A stretch of 64,000 bases of DNA, from positions 278,218 through 342,217 of the forward strand of contig NW_021835987.1 of NCBI RefSeq assembly GCF_006345805.1. Direction: 5' to 3'. Position numbers and translations under genes: made by a program. The notes under the pieces were generated by a model. The model made no database searches. It saw only the letters and a program-made list of their open reading frames with translations, and had not been told where the DNA came from. Positions 53,239-64,000 of the stretch are shown here, piece by piece. The stretch is from Octopus sinensis. Its lineage: Eukaryota. Position 1 is the first letter of the stretch; the number at the start of each line of letters is the position of its first letter.

Positions 53239-54419
53239 CTACTGCCTCAGGCGGATGAATACGGCCATGGAGTCTGCTAATGTATAACCTGGAGTAACAA
53301 TAACAACATCAATAACCAAAGGAATGGAAATAAATCGTGGAAGGTCTTCATACGCGTTCACTCGAATTACTAGAATAGCAGCCCAAATCTTTACATCGTT
53401 GAGTGGGAAACATACAGGAGGGTCATGGTCGGACCGCTTTTAATAATAAATCAGTTGAATCAATGCTCACACACATAAACACGCACACACACACACAAAA
53501 TAAAAATATCACTCACCATTGTCCCATAAGATTTTCTTGTTTTTATGAGAATAACGGATTGACGGAGAACGAACGTGTGTAACCGAACGAACACGCCGGC
53601 GGATGATGTCATCAGTAACCAACCAGCCAGTCATCTTGAAACATCTATTTATTTTTTTCGATATATGGAAGAGACGATCTTTCCTGTGGAGTTAATAAAA
53701 GTTGGATGGGTTTCAGAATATGGAAACCTAAACATTTACTCTTTTACTTGTTTCAGTCATTTTGACTGTGGCCATGCTGGAGCACCGCCTTTTAGTCGAG
53801 CAAATCGATCCCCAGGACTTATTCTTTGTAAGCCTAGTACTTATTCTATCGGTCTCTTTTACTTGTTTCAGTCATTTTGACTGTGGCCATGCTGGAGCAC
53901 CTCTTTTCAGTCGAGCAAATCGACACCAGGACTTATTCTTTGTAAGCCTAGTACTTATTCTATCGGTCTCTTTTACTTGTTTCAGTCATTTGACTGTGGC
54001 CATGCTGGAGCACCTCTTTTCAGTCGAGCAAATCGACCCCAGGACTTATTCTTTGTAAGCCTAGTACTTATTCTATCGGTCTCTTTTACTTGTTTCAGTC
54101 ATTTTCACTGCGGCCATGCTGGAGCACCGCTTTTCAGTCGAGCAAATCGACCCCCCAGGACTTATTTTTGTAAGCCTAGTACTTATTCAATCGGTCTCTT
54201 TTACTTGTTTCAGTCATTTGACTGCGGCCATGCTGGAGCACCGCCTTTTCAGTCGAGCAAATCGACCCCAGAAACTTATTCTTTGTAAGCCTAGTACTTA
54301 TTCTATCGGTCTCTTTTGCAGAACCGCTAAGTTACGGGGACGTAAACACACCAGCATCATTTGTCAAGCGATGTTGGGGGGAGAAACACAGACAAACATA
54401 CAGAAACACACACACAAAC

Positions 54420-54458
<39 letters not shown>

Positions 54459-54631
54459 TATATACGACGGGCTTCTTTCAGTTTCCGTCTACTATTCCCG
54501 AGGCTATAGTAGAAGACACTTGCCCAAGTATATATATGTCGCGTTGTTGTATATTTTGTGTGTTTCATGTTTAGATTAACTGTATATATATATGTGTGTG
54601 TGGGTGTGTGTGTGGTGGGTGTGTGTGCGGG

Positions 54632-54664
<33 letters not shown>

Positions 54665-55905
54665 TGGTGTGTGTGTTTGTGTCTGTATTTGTCCCCCAAC
54701 ATCGCTTGACAACCGATGCTGCTGTGTTTACTTTCCCGTAACATAGCGGTTCGGCAAAAGAGACCGATAGAATAAGTACTAGGCTTACAAAGAATAAGTC
54801 TGGGGTCGATTTGCTCGACTGAAAGGCAGTGCTTCAGCATGGCCGCTGTCAAATAACTGAAACAAGTAAAAGAATAAAAGAGTGTACATTTTAAGGTGAA
54901 AATACATTTTCGTGCTTCCCACTTTAAATATGCTACTTAATGTGAAATTCTGGTAACTCTGCTGTTCGTAACGAGAAAGCATTTCATTGGTCGTTGTGTG
55001 TTGAAAATACAGAAATGTACCATTAATAGAGTTATAGCCTCTTGCAGCAGCGGTTGGTTGTTCCTTCTCGAGCCATACCTGGCTCATAAGGGCCGGTTTC
55101 CCGGTTTCTTGGCGTACAGGTTCCCCACCTGGACGGGACGCCTATCCGTCGCAGGTGAGCTGTAAGATGTAGAAGGAAAGAGTGAGAGGAAGTTGTGGCG
55201 AAAGAATCAGCAGAAGTTTCGCCATTACCTTCTGTCGAGCTGCGTAGAGCTTAGGTTTCGCTCATAAACACACATATCGCCCGGTCTGAGATTCGAACCC
55301 GCGACCCCTCGACCGCGAGTCCGCTGCTCTAACCACTAGGCCATGTGCCTCCACAGCAGCGGCGGTGGAATAGCTAAATCTATTTCTGTTGCTTTTAGCA
55401 AATCAGCGGTGCTGTAGTTAGCCGAATGCCTGGATATATTTCATCTTTACAGACGCAGCAGTAGTATTAGTTCAAATTAGCATTCTGTATATCATAACAA
55501 ATGAAGATATACTGTTGAAAGCCTGGGCATATGTTGTTCGTCTCCAGAAAGTTTAGCGTCTAAATGTATAGGTTAAAACTTTATATCTGTTGCCTACGAA
55601 AGTTATATGTTTTGTACCATGATAAGTCTCTACGTAACGAAAGAAAAAGAAACAAGCATAAAAGATATATAGATATACTATACTCACGTCATTGAGAAAT
55701 ACAGATTGGTGGCGGAAGCTAGGTCGTCCCATGGTGAACTTTTCAAATTTTTCTGAGAGAACCAGGTTTTAAGGGTTGTATTTCGTCCATCAAATATCAT
55801 AGTTACCGAAGCGATTTCGTTTTTATAGATTACCACTTTTACCTGCAAAAAAATGAGCATGTAGCACACACATATACACACACGGGTACACACACACACA
55901 TACAC

Positions 55906-55944
<39 letters not shown>

Positions 55945-56512
55945 CACACAAATATACACAAACACACACACGCAAATACACAAACACACACACACAAATA
56001 CACAAACACACACACACGCAACACACACCGCGCGCACCCACACACACGCGCAAACACACACCACACCACACAACACACACAACCACACCAACACCAAACA
56101 CACACACACACGACACAACACACACACACAAACGCACACACACACAAACACACACACAAACACACTGACACACACACACAAACACACACACACAAAACAC
56201 ACACACACACAAACACACTGACACACACGCGCAAACACACACACAACCACACACACAAAAACACACACACACACACACACAAAACACACACACACACACA
56301 AACCACACACACACACAACCAACACGCACACACACAACGCACACACACACACAAACACACACACACAAACACACAAACACACTGGCACACACACACAAAC
56401 ACACACACACGCACACACACACGAAAACACAAACACACACACACAACCACACACACAAAACACACCACACGCACACACACACGCACACACAAAACGCACA
56501 CACCACACCACA

Positions 56513-56545
<33 letters not shown>

Positions 56546-58661
56546 CTGAGACACACACACACAAACGCACATACACACACACAAACGCACACCACACACC
56601 AAACACACACACACACAAAGCACACACACACACACGCACACACTGAGACACACTGACACACACGCAGAGTAAACAGTAAAGCATGTGGACCTTGGTGCAC
56701 TTGGACTCAAAGTTGTTGAATATTTGTTATTCTTCTTGTGAGATGCCAAGTTCGAATAACAAACAAAGCTGTTAGACTAATGTTCACTCTCATCATTCTT
56801 TTGATCGAAACGAATTTGCATAACAGGCGAAATTAATGATTTTGATTGGCCTATCACCTAATCCGTATCTTGCTATAATAATAATAATGAAATAATGTAT
56901 ACAGTGCTCAGGTGCACCACAACTTGTCAGAAAGTGCGTATAAATATATGCAGTAATGTAGAAATGTCTGGAAAGCAAAGAGTGTATGAGTCAGACATAA
57001 ATAATATTTTTATAAACAAACGCAGAAGTGGCTGTGTGGTAAGTAGCTTGCTTACCAACCACATGGTTCCGGGTTCAGTCCCACTGCGTGGCATCTTGGG
57101 CAAATGTCTTCTACTATAGCCTCGGGCCGACCAAAGCCTTGTGTGACTGGATTTGGTAGACGGAAACTGAAAGAAGCCCGTCGTAAATATGTATATATAG
57201 TGTGTGTGTGTGTGTTGGTGGTTGTGTGTCTGTGTTTGTCCCCCTAGCATTTCTTGACAACCAATGCAAAAGAGTAGAAGAGTAAACCCGAAAGGATTTG
57301 CGAGTTACGGAGAAAAAGCTACTATGGAAGGCTCATAGTATAATAACTGTACAATAACTCTATATAATATATATCATAATGATATTTAACCTCCGATTTT
57401 AAAGCGACATTTTTGAATGTATATAATGACCGAAAAATGATGAGCTAACCTCGGGCTGAGGTCATGTATTTCGCTCAAAAACCGCATTGTTGATTAAAAA
57501 TTCTTCATTTGTGTATTAAGGCTATTATTGGTTTCATTTAAGGGGCGAATGTCTTAATATGTCACATTTTCCAAGCCGATTACCTGGAAGGAGGGTGTTC
57601 GTCTCCATTGTGGATGAAACACGAAATATCTAGAGTAAAACATTCCATGAATTGACAACTCTCCGCAATAAATACAGTGACGAAATAAATTTCAATTTTG
57701 AACTAGCCATGATCCATGACTGCTCTTGATCTGGGCTCTGACAGGTCCCTGGTTCGTCTGTTCCCACAAGGTTTTGTTTGTTACTCAATCTTGCCATCTC
57801 ACAAGAAGAATGACAAACTAATTCAGCTTTGAATCCAAGTACCCACCGAGGTCCACGTGCTTTACTTTCTGCCGAGCTCAATAAAACTTTTACCAGTCAT
57901 GAATTGTAAGCTGATTTCATCGATTTTGTTTCCATTTACTCATCAAACCCCAAAGGAGATTCTTTTGTCTGTGATAATCTTTTCTTATTACTGCGGTTTG
58001 CCGCGGATAGAATTCTATTCAACATTGTTTCGCCTTCCTCATAAATCATTTTGTAGGTCAAAAATGTAACAAGCAATTGAATTGATTAAATATCTGTAAT
58101 CATTATTACTATAATAATAATATCTTAGAGCGAGTTATAAACGGTAGCTAAAACACACCGTAACGTATATTTGCCATTTAGATATGGCTAACCCCTAAGG
58201 TTGGATGCTACTGTAGTTTGTAGTCCCAGGAGGACACCTCCTTCCGCTGGCTATAGACACATTTTCTGTGTGCCCTATCAGTATTTGCAAAGTGAAGCCA
58301 TCCTTCCCGTCTTTAACTTATGATACACACGACTCGAGTTTCTAGGAGGTGTCCTCCTGGGGCTACAAACTACAGTAGCATCCACCCTTAGGGGTTAGCC
58401 ATATTTAAAAGGCAAATATTCGTCACGATTATTACTATTATTATATGTATATTAGTGTATGTGTATGCATATGGCTACGTACCTCATCAATTGGAAGATG
58501 TTTCCAGAAATCAAGGAAGGGATGTCGGAAGAAGTTAGGACAGAAGCTACCATTGCATTTGTCCACTTTCCAGGTTGAAGTATTTCCTATATTCATGAAT
58601 GAATTATAAACTTTCGAACCAGCTCTCATTGTTAGGGCATATGTTTTAATCCATTGTCTGT
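53239..58661 (-). CDS. Paralog P2 (unit 2)
   Basis: Exon A 58661-58483 (179 bp; [60 protein letters not shown]). Exon B 55842-55688 (155 bp; [51 protein letters not shown]). Exon C 53683-53517 ([25 protein letters not shown]...[17 protein letters not shown], with compensating indels mid-exon). Exon D 53288-53239 ([16 protein letters not shown]). Confidence 0.85.
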
Positions 58662-59380
58662 CTGAAATAAGTATAATAGTATTATTATAATTATTATTAT
58701 TGTTTTTTTATTATTGTAGTAGTAGTAGTAGTAGTAGTAGTAGTTAGTAGTAGTATAGTAGTAGTAGTAGTAGTAGTAGTAGTAATAGAGCAGCAGCAGC
58801 AGTAAGTAGTAATAGTATTGGCTTCAAATCTGAATACCTGGAACATAATTTCGGCCATGAACTTATGCGCAGCCGCAGTAGTTCGGTATGGCGCTGGGAT
58901 CCTTAACTGAACAGAGGAGGAGAGATAAGAGTTGGACAGGAAGACAAGGAAGCGTCTAATGATGCATGGAGGCCATCATCACGTGCAGACACTGATCGTC
59001 TCTACACGAGAGAGGGCAAATGGAGGAAGGGCACTGATAAGTGTGCAAGACTGCGTAGGTATCGAACTCGGGAACTTGATGAGACAGATATGCTAAAGCG
59101 AGGAAAGCTTGCTAGTGGCAGTTAGGACTGAGGGAGTATTGAAAGCCGAGAAAAAAACGGCAAAACAAAGAAGAAATACAAAAGGATAAGGAAAAGCATA
59201 AGGCAAAAAGGGACTCCGCAATCATTTCCCTGTAACCACTGATAAGGGCAGTGATAGGTGTGGACGACTGCGTAGGCACCATTATAGGTATTCATAGTCC
59301 GGTGAAATAAATAAATCAAATTGTGAATAAATGAAACACTCGGATCTATCACTGTAGACATACACGCATTCATGCTCGCT

Positions 59381-59414
<34 letters not shown>

Positions 59415-59596
59415 ACACACACACAGCCATACATACATACACACACAAGAGTCTCATATGTATGTCATTATTCAGTTTACTTCAAAATTTCTTTCCCATA
59501 GAGAAATAATCAGTTTCTAACCTACATCCAAGCTCCTTCATTGGAATTTCAAGATCAACAAAGGGTATTTTTGTTTGCATGTATGTAGTATGTATG

Positions 59597-59630
<34 letters not shown>

Positions 59631-60769
59631 TTATGTATGTGTGTATGTATGTATGTAGTGTGGGTATGTATGTATGTATGTATGTGTGTATGTATGTATA
59701 TATGTGTATGTGTGTATGTATGTATGTATGTGTGTGTATGATATATGTATGTATGTATGTATGTTTGTATGCATGCATGTACGTATGCATAATATGTATG
59801 TATGTATGTATGTATGTATGCATGTATGTATGCATGTATGTATGTATGTATTGTATGTATATATGTATGTGTGGGTATGTATTGTGGGTATGTATTGGGG
59901 TATGTATGTGTGGATGTATGTGTATGTATGTTTGTATGTATGTATGTATGTATGTATGTATGTATGTATGTATGAATTTTCAAGTGAAAGGAAAGATGGA
60001 GACGCATTCTGCAACAAAATGGTTCATATTGGGTTGATTAAAAATGTTAAGTCAAGTATTTATTGACTTTTTCTTTCCTTTAAAATCGGCACGAACTTTT
60101 CGGACAACCCAACATTTAAATTTATTATTACCTCTATGTTTTAATAAAGATTTGCTCATTAGAATCCATACTATATTAATGGAAACGAAGCAGAATATAT
60201 AGTGGTATTTCAAACTGATAAAACTCCGTCAATGTACCACGCCGTTATTTTGATAAATTTGAAGTCATTACTTAAACATACATTTCTTAGTTTTGTAACT
60301 ATCAAAAGTCCGGTACGAATATTGATATTGCTGGCCAGAGAAGAGAAGCATCCAGGTTTCATCAACAGGAGAGGCTGGTTATTACTTATAATCGATTATT
60401 CGATTTTGTCATGGATTTTTCCCTCTGTATAAAATATTTAATAAAATTGTATAATACATACATAAAGGGGAAAGTTTACGAAAATAAACAAAAGACGAAG
60501 GCAGGTGGGAGTAGGAGAACAAACAAACAAATATATTAGTATAGCGCTCAGGAATAGAAAAAAGTCTTTTTCGTTTCGAGTCTACGTTGTTCGACAGAAA
60601 GATTACATACATGCATACACGCATACACGCATACACACACACATGCACGCACACACATAAACGCACACACAAAATTGTAAAACTGGTTATTGATACGTTC
60701 ATTTACTTTTGGGTATACAAGAGAAAAATAGATCATTAAAGCCACACATCGCGCTTAACGAGTACCCTA

Positions 60770-60821
<52 letters not shown>

Positions 60822-62880
60822 CAACAACAACGACAACAATAATAATGATAATAATAATAATAATGATAATAATAATAATATAATAATAATAACAACAACA
60901 ACAGCAACAATAATAATAATAATAATGATAATAATGATGATGATAATAATGATAATAATGATAATAATAATAATAATAACAACAACATCAACAACAACAG
61001 CAGCCATAATGATAATGGTAATAATAATAATAATAATAATAAAATAATAATAATAATAATAATGATAATAAAATTAAAAAAAAAAAAATATAATAATAAT
61101 AAAAAATAAAAAAAATAATAAGAAAGAAGAAGAATAATAATAATAAGAAGAAGAAGGAAGAAGAAGAAGAAGAAGAAGAAGAAAAAGAAGAAGAAGAGAA
61201 GAAAAGAAAGAAGAAGAAGAAGAAGAAGAAAAGAAGAAGAAGAAGAAGAAGAAAAGAAGAATGCTTCACTTACATCTATAGAAGGAAATCTCGTTGTTGT
61301 CATTCGTGCTGACGACTGTCATTATATCTTTCGGTGAGTAATTCTTACAAACACGGCTGACGCTGTTGTAAGTAAAGAATTCTGATTGGCTGTTTAGAGC
61401 GATGGCGTTACATTCCAGTCGACTTCGTGCGGTGGGGAATTGTTGTTGTGTTGGAGGTTTGTCTCAATATAATCATGAATAACCAGGTTTCCAAAGTTTG
61501 TAGAGTTAGCTTCCTTAATTCCCAGACCTGAGGTGACAGCCAGGATTGTTGTAAGGGTTAACAGCGTCACTTCCATCACTTCTTGATGAATGAAGGAAAA
61601 CTGCGATATTCTTGTTCACCGGAAGGAGTTAGAAGGGGGAAAGAAATGGCATGAAATAGAGAGAGAGAGAGAGGAGAGAGATAGGAGAGAGAAGAAGGGA
61701 GTTTATATGTAAGGGGAAAATGCGTCAGAGGGTATTACTGAAGATGAGGAAATATTAGAGAGTAAGAGGGAGAAATCCTGGAAAGAGAGAAATCTGGAAT
61801 GACAAGATGGAGAACGTTTGCGTGTGAGAGGAAGGGTGCTTGCAAAAAAAGAGAAACGGATTTGAAGTAAATTATAATTTAGGATAGTCTGTCTGTCTGT
61901 CTGTCTGTCTCTGTCCCTAGGTATGTGTTTGTGTATGTGCTTGCATGCATGTGTGACCCTCTGGATCTCTCGGCATACCAGCAAACCACAAAACCCCCCA
62001 GCCGGACACACCACTGCCACCAAGCTCATCATATATATGTATGTATGCATGTATGCATGCATGTATGTATGTATGTCTGTATGTATGTATGTATGTATGT
62101 ATGTATGTAGGTATGTAGGTAGCATGTTATGCATGCATGTATGTATGTATGTATGCATGTATGTATGTAGTATGTATGTATTTTGTATGTATGTATGTGT
62201 GTGTGTCTGTGTGCGTGTGTGTGTGTGTGTTTATGTGTGTGTTTGTCCCACCACCAACATTGCTTCACACCGATGTTGGTGTGTTTGTGTCTCTGTTATT
62301 TGGATGTTCACAGCAAGAGAGACTGATAGAATAAACACCAGGATTACAGGGAATAAGTCCAAGGTAAATTTCTTCGACTAAAGGGTGGTGCTCTAGCATG
62401 GCCACTCTCAATTGACTGAAACAAGTAGAAGAATAAAAGAATACCAGAAAAACGTTCCGTAACACGAAACCAAGAAGGTTCTTTGAATACGTACGATGTA
62501 TTTTAAGGTTAATAGTGATTCCGTTTACGTTTTGTATCTGAGATATTTTGGTTGGATTAAGTAGTCGTTGGTGTTACATTACTTTCTACATTCTGTAATT
62601 ATCACAATATACTTTTCTAGGCTTGAAATTTATGTTGTGAGGGTACCAGTTCATTACATTGACCTCAGTACACAACTGGTACTTAATTTACCGAGCTCCA
62701 AAAGACGAAAGGAGTAATAAAAATGAGTGGAAATTAGGCTAACAACTAAAGAAATACATTTTAAAGTATCTCGATCTCTTTAACTTGAGCCGATTATTCT
62801 TCATTATGAGAGTGCTAACGTGTGCGTGTATGTATGCATGTGTACGTGTCTATGTGTGCTACATGTTCATTTGTTTGCAG

Positions 62881-63034
62881 GTGAAAATAGTGTTAGCAAA
62901 AACCAAACCGATGTGGTAACTATGATATTTAATGGACGAAATACAACCATTGAAAGCTGGTTCTCTCGGAAAAACTTGAAAAGTTCACCATGGAACGACC
63001 TGGCTTCAGCCACCGGACTTGAATTCTCAATTAA
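62881..63034 (+). pseudogene. Paralog P4 (unit 2): orphan exon B
   Basis: Copy of 24293-24446 with a similarly disrupted start and no canonical donor. Confidence 0.6.
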
Positions 63035-63047
63035 GGGACACAGAATG

Positions 63048-63103
<56 letters not shown>

Positions 63104-64000
63104 AGTTGTGTGGTATGTGTGCGTGTGTGTAGATATTTGAGGACTTGTCTCTGTATTGTGCGAAAACTGCCAGCAAATGAAGATTATCTGAACTATCTAT
63201 ACTACAATGGAGAAAACTTCTTATTAATTAGGCATGTGACGATAATTAAAGTACTAAAAAAATCGCAATATTAAAGGGCTAACTGTCTGGAAATATTTAA
63301 AGAAATTTCCTATAACTTCCATTTCTCAAGTTTCTTGAAGTATTTTTAAACACTCATTTCTCGCAATTTAAATATTCATTGCATTCACTGTGTCCAGTTA
63401 ATCACAAATTAAAATATTCTTTGCATTCCCTGCGTCCAATTAATCACAAATTAAGTATTCTTTGCATTGACTGAAGAGTATTCTATTCTCATTTGCAATG
63501 CCTCTCACTTACTATTTTTAAATTTTCATTTGCTATTTGGAAAACCGACAGTTTATTCTATTAATATAATGCGTAATTATTATTTATAGAATGAAAATTT
63601 TTTAAATACCTGTATAATTTTTGAATGTGGGATAGCTCTGAGAAGAACCTCGAAATTTGGCTTATTACTATTAGAAGACAAGAAGAAAAAATTTTCCGAC
63701 AAATACTCGAAACCTGCACCTTATTCAAGGTCTTTCCAATACTCTGTTCCACTAAACCAATATTTACACAAGTTGGCGGCGAGCTGGCAGAACGGTAACA
63801 GGGCGGGCGAAATGCGTAGCCATATTTCGTCTGCCGCTACGTTCTGAGTTCAAATTTCGCCGAGATCGACTTGTCTTTCATCCTTTCGGGGTCGATAAAT
63901 AAGTACCAGTTACGCACTAGGGTCGATGTGAATCGACTTAATCCGTTGTCTGTCCTTGTTTGTCCTCCTTGTGTTTGCTCTCTTGTGGGTATTAAAGAAA

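Overview
This is AT-rich eukaryotic genomic DNA, full of microsatellites and SINE/LINE/DNA-transposon debris. The repeat families look cephalopod (Octopus-like), which is recall on my part and was not searched. It is not prokaryotic, and I found no rRNA, true tRNA or CRISPR. Three nested structures explain most of the window. (1) A direct duplication with about 38.58 kb offset: 1-25.4 kb recurs at 38.6-64 kb. (2) Each unit holds a ~26 kb imperfect palindrome, centred at 10285 and 48846 on the apex of a hairpin MITE. (3) A spliced multigene family that the ORF track misses. Exons A (179 bp), B (155), C (161) and D (50) have canonical GT-AG sites and matching phases, and they join into a ~180-aa Trp/Cys-containing, N-glycosylation-rich domain of unknown function. 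Each unit carries four paralogs: P1 (+, all four exons), P2 (-, its palindromic mirror), P3 (-, exons B and C only, Cys pair lost) and P4 (+, orphan exon B). The signal-peptide/first exon was not identified. The strongest signals are that P1 and P2 coding exons diverge far more than their flanking introns (exon C ~70% vs ~95% identity), that variants are shared between arms in a way consistent with gene conversion, that rearrangement junctions sit at MITE apices, and that the 3' UTR is a 94-bp tandem array carrying one poly(A)-signal hexamer per unit. Indel noise in about 11-25 kb and 49-64 kb suggests long-read error, so frameshifts there and the tandem duplication itself need read-level checking.
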